From Chlorokybus atmophyticus (lineage: Eukaryota; Plantae; Mesostigma and Chlorokybus algae), in NCBI GenBank assembly GCA_009103225.1, contig RHPI01003642.1:1107099-1171098 (forward strand): a stretch of DNA of 64,000 nucleotides, read 5' to 3'. The notes under the pieces were generated by a model. The model saw nothing but the letters and a program-made list of their open reading frames with translations. It was not told the origin of the DNA and ran no database searches. The first letter of the stretch is position 1, and every line of letters starts with the position of its first letter. The translations under genes and the position numbers were made by a program. Shown here piece by piece: positions 46,801 to 57,052 of this stretch.

Positions 46801-46899
46801 TGCCGCCTCTGCAGCTATCTTGGCAGCCTCCTCGGCAGCAGCAGCTTCTCTTTCCAGGCGGTTGCACGCTGCATGCCTTGCAGCTCTTGCCCCCACCAT
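43899..46899 (-). CDS. pogo transposase (HTH + CENP-B HTH + DDE_1), 5 exons, frame apparently intact
   Basis: Exons ~46899-46631, 46303-46079, 45321-44988, 44890-44497, 44307-43899 join in phase. Motifs [77 protein letters not shown]. Confidence 0.88.
45340..46030. repeat. Complex (GT/GC)-rich minisatellite inside intron 2 of the pogo transposase
   Basis: Repeated units such as gtgtgtgtgcagctgcgtgcgtg..; generates H/T/R- and V/C/A-rich spurious ORFs. Confidence 0.85.
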
Positions 46900-47174
46900 G
46901 TGCACCGCCGCCCCACCTCAACAACCTCGCCAACCATCTCAACAACCCTAATGCCGCTGTTTCGGCGCCAGAAAACCCCAATTACGACCATGGGCGTAAC
47001 TTGAAGGTTGGATGACGTATCTTGGGCGGGGATTATGCTGCGCGCAGCTACACAACACAGTCCCCCCTACTGTAACACAGTCCCCCCCCGTACACAGTCC
47101 CCCTCAGCAAAATCGAGGGGGGGACTGTATAAAAAGGGGGGGACTGTGTTGGGGTAAATACAGTACTGCTAACG

Positions 47175-47680
47175 TGTAACAATGGGGCCCGACCACTAGG
47201 CTATGGTAGTAAAAGACACTACCATGAGTGAGGTCTGTCACAACTTATCCCAATTCGTGACATTCCTCCCGAATTTAACCCATGAGTTTCTCATAATCCA
47301 ATGAGGCACTAGCCCACGTCGCCGTGTTCGCGGCCATACCACGATCGGTCTGCCCGCGGCCTGTTGGATCCGGCCCATAAACGGTCCTGACCGACCGAAC
47401 GGCCATCCTCACCACGCGACCTGCCATCGCAGCGCGACCGCTCACGCGGCCTTAGGTTGAACTGGCTCGGCGCGCAGGTCGTGATCCCGCGCCCAGCCTA
47501 GGGCAAGCCGCCCCAAATGTTTTTGTTTTTGCCTTGGATCTGTCTTAGTCCCCTGCGGGAATCGAACCTGAGACGTCAAGCTCCGTTACCATTGTAACAA
47601 TGGGGCCCGACCACTAGGCTATGGTAGTTAAAGACACTACCATGAGTGAGGTCTGTCACAATTTATCCCAATTCGTGACA
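47175..47680 (-). mobile_element. TRIM 1 (terminal-repeat retrotransposon in miniature), 506 bp
   Basis: 88-bp LTRs 47175-47262 and 47593-47680 (TG...CA, 2 mismatches); 5-bp TSD TAACG; on the minus strand PBS TGGTAACGGAGC next to the 5' LTR and purine tract GGGAGGAA next to the 3' LTR; no ORF. Confidence 0.93.
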
Positions 47681-48779
47681 TAACGTGCAAGATCAGCATC
47701 AATATCAACAAACCCAAGAACCTTGGCTAAATCCAGACTTGCTGATAAACTAGGAAGGTGCGGTGCTTACAAGTGAATCCTCGCTCCAAGTCGTCCAAGA
47801 CATCCAAAATCATGCAAGATCTGCCACTTTTCAAGAACAAGAACAGCTGCCAGAACCCTCACTTGTAGCACAAAAATCCCGCACAACTCTGCAATCACCT
47901 TCAGAACCACCACTCCAGCACACTGAAGATTTGGACCCTCAGTCGTCTACACCCCTTAGACCTTGTTCATGTTCAAAGTGCAGCAACGAGGTAACTTGCA
48001 GGTCCTCCAAATTGTCCCATCGGTCAAGTTATATCTGGCATGCCTTTAATCTTGTATGGTTCTGGTTCTCAGGTTCTAAGGGTCTGCTGTGTGCAGGTTC
48101 TGCAGGAAGACTCGATCATACAAACACACTTGCACAAAGACTGCAGGCTTTGGCAATTTCGCGCCATTCCAACGGTCGTGTCACTAGTCATAGCTCCTGC
48201 AGAGAGTGATCCACGTACTGCGCACCAGGCACCCGAGAAGTCTTACATGGACAAGTTCTTAGACATCATGACCATTGCCGACGAGGGCGGATTGACCAAA
48301 GACTACATCAATAAGTTGCTGGCCTGTCTGTTCAAGGGCGACAACTCTCTCATCAGCATGGCCAACAAGAAGACCTTTGATCCGGAGGTAGAGGGTTACA
48401 AGCTACTGACATCCTGCAAGACTGCCACCAGCCTCTTCAATCGCATGGGCATGCCAACGCCTTTGCACTACACTGTTGTAATGACTGCTCCTACCTGTTC
48501 AGCAAGCCATACCCTAGGTCCTTTAGTTACGACGACAAGGACGAGTCCCTTACTTGGCGTCAGCGTGAGATGTTGCGCAAGACAATGCAGCAAGAGAGGT
48601 GTCCATGTGACAAGGTTGCGTCAGCTACTATTACTTACCTCTCAAGGAAAGACTGCAGTTGATGTTTCAATGCCCGTCCATCTGTTATGACTTGCTGCGA
48701 TGTTGGCGTGAGCGCGACAGATGGCTAGACAAAGACCCTGCAGTTCCTCCTCCATCACAACACGAGGCTTCACACGAGA

Positions 48780-49010
48780 TTTTTCCCGTGGACCAGGGCC
48801 AACTTGCCCGGGCGGCTTGGGGTCCGGACCAGGTTCGCCCACCTTGGTCTGCACGCGGGGACCAGGGTTGGTCCAAACAGTACGTAATTGTCCCATGGTC
48901 CCCCCGAAAACCGAGCCAGGGTTGGTGCCGGTTGAAAGCCGGTGTAAATTGGACCGGGAATGGTGCTTTGCAGGGACCATCCTTGGTCCGATTTGTTTTT
49001 TTCAAGCCTA
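48780..49010. mobile_element. Orphan DNA-transposon terminus (hAT-like) with GGACC/GGTCC subterminal repeats ending in CAAGCCTA
   Basis: Dense GGACC/GGTCC motifs in both orientations ending at ttttcaagccta; no partner end seen. Confidence 0.4.
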
Positions 49011-49086
49011 GTTGCCTGTGACAAGAGCGCATGCCGGACTTGTAAGAATTCAACCGGTAGCAATTGAAACAACTATGCTTTGGCAG

Positions 49087-49146
49087 CTAACTGCGGTCAG
49101 CTGCGGCAATTTGGCCGGCTTGATTGCCGCAGCTGACTGCAGTTAG
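49087..49146. repeat. 60-bp inverted repeat (24-bp stem, 12-nt loop)
   Basis: ctaactgcggtcagctgcggcaat / attgccgcagctgactgcagttag; the only non-Watson-Crick pair is G-T. Confidence 0.9.
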
Positions 49147-49737
49147 GCCGCTGCTGCTGGTGGCCTGGCGGGCGGCCTGGTGCTCCATATCAAGAGCACT
49201 AGGTCACGCCTCTGGCCTGTCCATGCTGGTTGTTCCTAGGCTTGCATGACTAGGCCAAGGACGGTCGAAAGGCCATCGCCATGGCCTTTCAGCCGCCTTC
49301 GCCTTCTACAGCCGAGCAGTAACGTACATGCATACATGCATAAGTCAGCAGACACACACATCAACGAACTAACACAAACAATAGATAAGCACAATCAATT
49401 GGTTGTATTGCAACTACAGCAGCGAACAACTACTGGCATTTGTAACTACTAAAGCTCAATGCACGTGTGACTACCTACTTGCAACGCGGACCAGCTGCTG
49501 CTCTGATTTGCAAGCCGCGGGGGCCGCGACCAGCCCTGGTCCTGCCGTACGGACCCCGTGCGGCACTAGTGGTTCACTCTACAACGGCTCTTCCCTGCTA
49601 CGTCAGAGGACGCACTGGGGAGAGCACGTTGTGCGCACTTACTATGCGCTGTCACGTCACCATGCCCTGCACCGCCAGGCATGGCGCCGTTGATGCCAGC
49701 TGCACCGGCCTTAAGAGCGGTGCTCAGAGGCCGAGCA

Positions 49738-50268
49738 TGTCATAGCCTGCTCGACCACAAAAGACTTGGTGCTTTTATGGTCGATTTGTGGTAATTTAAT
49801 GTACCTTCCCGTTACATTCCCCCCCACTTAAAAACGCTGACGTCTACGGCAGCTGGCGCCCATCAGCTGGGGAATCATCCCAGGAGTCTGATTTAGGGTC
49901 GGTCACCGGCCCCACCACCCAACGACCGGCCAATTTAGGCCCGAACCGGTCAACGCGCGCATAGCGCACCGGTGCCGGCCCCACAGGTCGCATCGCGACA
50001 GGCAGGTGGCGACCTGCCGCGCCGACTGAACTGGTCAGTCCGACGCGACTGCCATTAGGCAAGTCGCGACCTATCGATGATAGCATTTATGAAGTGACCA
50101 TTTACGATGTTATTGGATCGAGAAACAACGACCGCGGTATTCGTGTGCAAGGCAGGAATCGAACTCGGGTCTCAAGCTCCGATGACCAGTGTCACAGCCC
50201 ACTTGACCACAAAAGACTTAGTGCTTTTATGGTCGATTTGTGGTAATTTAATGTACCTTCCCGTTACA
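49738..50268 (-). mobile_element. TRIM 2, 531 bp, LTRs unrelated to TRIM 1
   Basis: 79-bp LTRs 49738-49816 and 50190-50268 (TG...CA); 5-bp TSD GAGCA; minus-strand PBS TGGTCATCGGAGC and purine tract GGGGGGGAA; no coding capacity. Confidence 0.92.
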
Positions 50269-51769
50269 GAGCAGCTGGCAGCCTTGCCACGCATGGCAAG
50301 GCCTTCACTGCTGCTACAGTTGCCACTGCAATCGGTGTTCTCGTTGACGGAGGCGCCATTGTGCTTGCTCAAGTGCGCGCCACAACCCACCCACCCCGCG
50401 CTGCCGCCGCCGCCGCCGGCTACTGCTGCAGCAGGGTATCGGCGGAGGCCTGCGCAGCGCCGTCCACGTGTCAGCCAAGACTCACGTGGCCTAACGCGCA
50501 CTCTAAGCCGTTGAATGTGCATTCCGAGCTGCCTATGCTGTTAGCACACCTTGATGAGGACACTCATCCACGGCCGAAACTTACCGCCAAAATTTGATAT
50601 AGTCAAGCAAGCAATACAATGAGCAACATATGCTCGTGATAAACATTTGCTGTCATCGTGCTGCAAGCTTAGATGTCACACGATGTTCATCATCTACCTT
50701 ATAATATGATACATGTATATGCTTGCCATGTTAATGTGTCTGACATGAAATGTGATGTGAATTGTTTCATGTGGCTCATAGAAATTCGGGGTGCGGCTGA
50801 TTGGGCGGTTTGATTGGGCCGGCCAGCATTAGGGCACACAAACACCCCACACGCGCAAGGCCATTGGTAGCCATCACATACGGCACCTGCGATGCCGAAC
50901 TGCGCGGTATGCGCGGCCCGCCTGCCTCTGATTGGCTAGACGGCGACTACCAGGTATCGGTCGTTCGATCTATATTTACAGATCTCAACCGTCCATAACA
51001 CTTCCCCACGTCATGCAATTGCTCTACATATATGCAAATATATACAAAAAATAAGCACAACAAAGTGCACATATGGCGGCATATCATTTCATGTGGTCCA
51101 TATGATATGAGCATGCAACACACCTATTAAGGTAGTAAAATGAGTAATAACGTTTTTACCACGTTACGTGCAGCGGTTTGCAGTGCATAACGTAAAGGTT
51201 ACGATCAGCAAAATAATGCTCACCTTAAACACCTTAACGTTAAGATTTAACTGAATAGAAAATAGCGCCGTTAGACCACAATTTGATTGTAAACTACAGA
51301 GCACATGGTGTATAGACGTTGACAAAGGCCGTTGCTACAAAAAGGCAACAAAATGCCAATCATGGCAAAGATGGTCAAAAATGTCCTAAAGACATCTCGG
51401 CGGCAACGCCATTCCTAACGGCGAGTTCAAGTACGGGCTTGTTTGCGCGTATCTGGCGACAGTTATCGGTTAATTTGCGCGCGTTTTTGGTGATACGAGT
51501 TCGGGGTGGACCCCATACCCTAACGTCATCAGTAACCAGCACTTTAAAAAACACACTTACTGCTATTGAACACTCATTGATTGTGTTTGTCGTCAATATT
51601 CCGTACAACATGGTCTTCAGCCGAAAGACAAAATCCCACAAGTTGTCGGCCACTTTGACACATTTGTTTATTTTCTTATGGGCTGTCAAGGTGCTACCGC
51701 CTTTGCAGCCTGCCGGCACCAATATAGGTTACGCTATTGGCTACGACCTGTAGCGTAACCCACACTTTT

Positions 51770-51879
51770 GATGACGTACCTCGGGGGGATCATGCGCTTA
51801 GCTACACAACACGGTCCCCCAAGCAAAATTAAAGGGGGGGAATGTACAAGAAGGGGGGGACTGTGTTGGGTAAATACGG
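51770..51879. mobile_element. Orphan right end of a pogo element related to the one at 43619-47163
   Basis: gatgacgta..ggggat.atgc..agctacacaacac.gtccccc...gggggactgtgttgggtaaatacgg|TA matches 47010-47163. Confidence 0.75.
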
Positions 51880-52029
51880 TAATGATGTTAGATTCATCAC
51901 CATGCTCTACACATTAATTTGTTCAACCATGCAAATGATGCATGTTACGGCTCATGTAAACATTTTACATACAAATGTTGCAAATTACAAGAAGTTATTG
52001 CTATATCACATGCGTTTGCACTGCTTATA

Positions 52030-52223
52030 AGCAATGTTTCCGTCAACTTCCGCAACATACTGAACGCCTTCCGGAAGGCCGACATGGATAAAATCATTTA
52101 AACTTTTATAAATTCCGAGCGACATGGTTAAAATACTTTAAACTTCTTTTATTCCGGGAATTCCCTTCCCGGACGGAATGTTCCGGAAGTCAGACTGCTA
52201 ATCCACGGAATTACCCAAGCCTA
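52030..52223. mobile_element. Orphan DNA-transposon terminus (hAT-like) with TTCCG/CGGAA subterminal repeats ending in CAAGCCTA
   Basis: Repeated ttccg/cggaa motifs ending at ggaattacccaagccta. Confidence 0.4.
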
Positions 52224-52499
52224 GTAAGTGTGTTATGACTCATAACACACTCACAAGTCACGAATAACACCAAAGTGGCAATGAGGGTGTTGAAATCATG
52301 GCTCTCACTGTTAGAGTCTCCAACCCATCGCTTGAAGAGCCTTGAAGCATGATAAGCAAGAGCTCTACGCATCCCCGTCAACAGCATGCGACACAGCACA
52401 ACAACAAGGGCGGCAGGCCGGTGTGCACAGGCCGGCGCAGGATGTTTACGCCTGTGGTAGGGTCCTGCGTGCTGCTGCGCTAAGCTCAAGCGAGATTGC

Positions 52500-53240
52500 G
52501 TGGAGTGGCAATCTTAGATACCTTACTGTATTGCTAAGATTAGATTTGAGATCAAAGATTAAGCTGCTGCATAATGAATGAAGGTTGGGAAAAATCACAA
52601 AAGGTAGTATGCAAAACATATACAGACCTTGAAATTTGCTTTAATATAGAGCAACCTTCTGGCTACCAACTTGACTTGGTAACACCTACAAGTAATCCCT
52701 TGGAAGCTAACTCACGAAACACTATACGTGAAAGTCTAAATTTTTTGTAAACAGCCTTTGGTCGGCCAGTTAAAATACATCGATTTTTAATTCGCGTTTT
52801 GGAACTATTTCTAGGAAGTTTTGCTAATTTAAAAGCGTATTTATATCTTAAATCATTAGGAATTGAAAGGTCCTTTAAGATAGCTTTATACTGTATACGT
52901 TTATACTCATATTGAGCTACAAGAGTTCGACGCTTATTATCTCGTGATATAGAATTGGACATAATTTACTTCTTAAACAAAACTTTTTATTACCATATTA
53001 GTCTCTGCAGTTGTTCTTATATATTGAAGGTGAACTACGAAACCTGGAATCAATCGATCAATTGAAATAGATCAATTGTAATATAATCGCTGCGGTTGCT
53101 GCAGCGTAAGCTAAGGAAACTACCAGAAAGTCACAAAGTGGTAGGGTGGATGCATAAGGATAATCGATCTCTCTTCTCCATAATAGATTTCGATTAGAAG
53201 CTAATCCAAATCCATTACCATCAAATCCAAATCCATTACC
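52500..53240 (-). other. Mitochondrial DNA insertion (NUMT) or mis-scaffolded organellar sequence; left limit approximate
   Basis: AT-rich block containing rps14; right edge abuts the N at 53241 and carries a 17-bp direct duplication (aatccaaatccattacc). Confidence 0.7.
52663..52962 (-). CDS. rps14: Mitochondrial-type ribosomal protein S14, intact 99-aa ORF
   Basis: [67 protein letters not shown]; intronless, A/T-ending codons, no transit peptide. Confidence 0.95.
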   Translation of the reverse strand: MSNSISRDNKRRTLVAQYEYKRIQYKAILKDLSIPNDLRYKYAFKLAKLPRNSSKTRIKNRCILTGRPKAVYKKFRLSRIVFRELASKGLLVGVTKSSW

Positions 53241-53342
53241 NTGCTCAGACATGTCTTGCAGGGCTCCGTTGCGAGCTTGATTGGGCAAAGCAGCAGCCAC
53301 ATTGCGAGCAGTAGCCTTGTTTTGCCTTCTCGTCCATCAGCC

Positions 53343-56300
53343 ATGGCACAGGCTACATCCCTCGTGCTCCCCCGCCTCCTCCTTGTCCTCCTCCTGGGCG
53401 TGGTCGCCTCTACCACAGCAGCTGAGGACCAGAGCTCCAGCCGCCCTTCCTCAACGTACCTCGTGGGCGCCGCCTCCGCCGACATCACAGGCCCCGCCGC
53501 CGATGTCAACATGATGGGGTGAGCGACAGCGTGTGTGCTGCGTTAATTCCAGCTGTTGTTGTTGTTCGTAGCATGCGCAAAGCTTGTTAGTGCATGCGAT
53601 AGGTGATGTCAATAGTAGACACACGTAGGCGTTCTAAGTACACGCATGGTCATGTGCATGAATTTGTTACCCAACGCCTTAGAAGCAGATGGTACCAGCA
53701 TGCTGTTATTGGGTGACTTGGCGCATGTCGTAATCTGTTGATGCTGAAGGCTCTATCATAGTTTACCTTGCGGTTAAACACTGAGATTGCTTCAAACACG
53801 TACAAGTACCGTGCCTCAAGGCAGCATGCAATGCTGTCTTGGATGCACGAAACACCATCTTCTGTAAATCGTATACTTAAAAATCCAACGTTACCTTGTA
53901 GTTACCGTATTAACGTCGCCAGGTATGCGCGCCCGACTCAGATCGTGTCCGGTCTACATTTCCGTCTCCGCGCTCGCGCATTTATCATCGCCGACTCCGC
54001 CAACACCTCCTCTCGCTTCGCATTCGTGTCTATTGATGCATGCATGGCTTCACAGCTTGTCACACTGCAGGTGAGTATTAGTCAACTCTTGCTTGTGCTT
54101 GCAACATGCTTACACCCAAGCGACTACAGGTACTTGAGAAGTTGAAGGAAATGTTTGGCGACCTGTACACTGCCGAGAATGTCGCCATTAGCGGAATACA
54201 CACACATGCAGGTGAGGTACTGCACTACGATTGTGCCCATGCGTGTGCGCGACCATGCGTGTGACCGTGCATCCGTGTATAACATGTGTGCACATGTGTA
54301 CAACCATGCTTGTATGTGAGACATGTCACGGTTGTTCACAGGTCCTGGAGGCTATCTGCAGTACGTGTTGTACGATATAACGTCTCTTGGCTTTGTGCGT
54401 GAGAGCTTCGATCCATTGGTTGCTGGGATTGTGCGTGCGATATCCGACGCACACGCGCGCATGAGGCCTGCGAGGCTTCAGCTGAATGCGGGAGAAGTCC
54501 TTGACGCCAACATCAACCGAAGCCCAACAGCGTATGCAAACAACCCTCCCAAGGAGCGAGATAGATACCGCCACAATGTGGACAAACAGATGGTTCTACT
54601 GAAGCTCGTTGAGGCCAGCGGTGGCAAAGGGATCGGGTTGATGAATTGGTTTGCTGTTCATTGCACGAGCATGAACAACACCAACTCGCTTATCAGCGGG
54701 GATAACAAGGGCGCCGCCTCGATGATGATGGAGGAGTGGGCGGCGGGTGAGGGCAACATTGGCGGCGAGCACCCTTTTGTGTCTGCTTTTGCGCAAAGCA
54801 ATGTCGGGGACACCTCGCCCAACGTCGCCGGCGCCTTCTGCCTCGACTCCGGCCTGCCATGCGAAGAAACCCACTCCACTTGCCACGGTGAGTGCACAAC
54901 AACACCTTGTCATCACCTTGTTATCACTGACGCACCCGATGCATTGTGTAAGCATACCGTGATAGTGTGATACCACTATGCATGTGGCTGTGATGACAGC
55001 CCACATATGCTGGGTGGCTTTGCAGGTAAGAATGAGTATTGCCATGGGAGGGGTCCGGCCTGGCCCGATGACTTTGAGAGCACGCGCGTCATCGGCGAGA
55101 GGCAGTTCCTTGAAGCGAAGCGCCTCTACCAAACGGCCTCTGAGGCGGGGGCTGTTTTTGGCCCAGTCGGGTTCCGCCACACTTATGTGGACTTTGGAGA
55201 TGTGGAGGTTGAACCGAGGTTTGTGCATGGCAACGCAAGTGGATATAGCGAAGGCAATGCAGCTCGCACGTGCCCCCCAGCTATGGGCTACAGCTTTGCT
55301 GCCGGGACAACGGATGGGCCGGGTGCATTTGACTTCAAACAGGGCGATGTCCATGTAAAGACACCATAACGCTTGTTTGCAAACTGAGTGTGGTGAATGG
55401 GTGGTTTGTGACAACCTGCTTGCTTGGTTCAGGTGCGTGCGACCAAAGCAACGGGTTGTCACAACCGCACACCGATGATGCTGATGACGTGATGACGTGT
55501 GCAGGGCAATCCATTCTGGAACGTCGTGCGGTCCTTCATTAAAGCGCCATCGGCGGCGCAGGTGAAGTGCCACGCGCCGAAGCCCGTGCTGCTGGATACC
55601 GGCGAGCTGAACTTTCCCTACCCATGGCAGGCGTGTGCGTCGTGCAACAATGTTGTGAGTATGCACATGAATGCCCGTTGGACGCTCGCGTAACGCACGG
55701 CCTTTGTTGTTGGGTGTCTGTTCTTTGTGCAGCCTCGCATCCTGCCGCTGCAGATTCTGCGCGTCGGCCAACTCATCGTACTCTCCTGCCCCTCAGGTTG
55801 GTTTGTGAACACAACTTGACATTGGCAGTGTTGTGTGCACATGTCAAGCGGCGTACGTATATGTCTCTATGCTAACATACTTTGTGGTTGCACAGAACTT
55901 TCGACCATGGCCGGTCGGCGTTTGCGTGAGGCAGTGAAAGCAGAGCTAATCTCTGCTTCTGCTACTTTGCACGCATCCGGTGGATTTGGGAACGACACGA
56001 CCGTGGTCATAGCAGGCTTGACCAACACCTACTCCTCGTATGTTACGACATTCGAGGAATACGAAGTGCAACGATATGAGGTATGTGTACCTATGTCCGG
56101 TCAAACCTCACACTTCAAACACTGTTGGCCTGCCAGGCCATGCACACGCATGTACTTGCACTGTTGCACATGCGTATAAAGCCATGCGCGGGCACACAAA
56201 TACATAACTGCTTGTTCCTTGGCAGGGCGGTTCCACGCTGTACGGACCGCACACGCTGGCAGCATACATTCAGGAGTTTGTGCGCCTGGCTCGTGCGCTG

Positions 56301-57052
56301 GCGACCGACACACCGATCCTGCCTGGCCCGGATCCCCCGAGCCTCCTCAACAGGCAATTGGGGTTCCTCACGCCCGTTGTTGCGGACACCGTGCCGGCTG
56401 GCGCAGCTTTTGGAGACGTCACGCAGCAACCGAGCCAGCAGGAGTACCATCATAATCAAACGGTGAGAAGTGCAGAGCGTGAAAGCGAGAGAGTGCGGGA
56501 GTACTCAATATCTGTAATCAATGTGATAGCACACGAGTGTATGGTGCTGCAATCAGAACCAGATGTGGTTGGGGTGATGCTCTTCCGTCTTGTGCGATTT
56601 TTATGACATAGGTGGGAGTGCTTACTTGCTCCTATGGTAATTGTTTGCAGGTTCGTGTTGTGTTTCGGTCCGGATGTCCTCGCAATGATGTGCGCACAGA
56701 AGGGACCTTTTTGGCAATCGAGCGCTTGAGAGAGGGCATGAGCGTGCGGAGAGAAGCCAGACGCAGCTTCATCCGCAAAATGTCAACCAATAGCACTTCT
56801 GCTGGGGTTGCGTCCCACAGATTGTCTGAAGATGGATGGGAGACGGTGTACACAGACTCTGACTGGAGCACTCGGTTCATGTGGAGCCGGCCTAGCCGGC
56901 TGTCAATGGAGAGCTTTGCAACGATCACGTGGACAATCCCGCCCGATACACGGCCCGGCACATATCGCGTCACGCACTTTGGTGCGCACAAGCATCTGCT
57001 GGGTCACGTGCAGCAGTTTCAAGGAATTTCTGATGGCTTTCAAGTGGTGTAG
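53343..57052 (+). CDS. Neutral/alkaline (non-lysosomal) ceramidase with N-terminal signal peptide
   Basis: YLVGAASADITGPAADVNMMG|YA..LRARAFII, SGIHTHAGPGGY, NWFAVHCTSMNNTNSLISGDNKG, QSNVGDTSPN, AAGTTDGPG, STMAGRRLR, YVTTFEEYEVQRYEGGSTLYGP, GTYRVTHFG. Confidence 0.95.

Larger units (their letters stand above)
43619..47163 (-). mobile_element. pogo-like (Tc1/mariner superfamily) DNA transposon, full length
   Basis: TIRs ccgtatttaccccaacacagtcccccc / ggggggactgtgttggggtaaatacag, TA on both sides (43617-18, 47164-65), multiple subterminal ACAGTCCCCC motifs. Confidence 0.93.
42060..48770 (+). mobile_element. Decayed CACTA (EnSpm)-like element with transposase pseudogene, interrupted by pogo and TRIM insertions; 3' end not found
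   Basis: CACTAGTAC at 42060 followed by diverged subterminal repeats (accc-cagcactggctt, 42150-42480). Transposase-like segments RPCSCSKCSNE|VLQEDSIIQTHL, GLTKDYINKLLACL, CNDCSYLF and YYYLPLKERLQLMFQCPSICYDLLRCW at 47950-48720, with frameshifts and a stop. Confidence 0.62.

Noticed and set aside
47550-47591. tRNA gene suggested by GGTTCGATTCC (also at 50155-50188)
   Set aside because: No acceptor stem, D-arm or anticodon arm can be built; the motif sits inside TRIMs next to the PBS and is reported as a finding instead.
49817-50189. Hammerhead ribozyme (retrozyme) in TRIM 2
   Set aside because: No CUGAnGA plus GAAA core in correct arrangement on either strand by eye; other ribozyme classes not excluded.
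51319-51753. 144-aa + strand and 115-aa - strand ORFs
   Set aside because: Non-ATG or weak starts, no recognisable motifs, inside repeat-like DNA.
52970-53240. rpl5 as a called gene
   Set aside because: Only patchy resemblance, an in-frame stop, and truncation by the N; mentioned only as a possibility in the NUMT finding.
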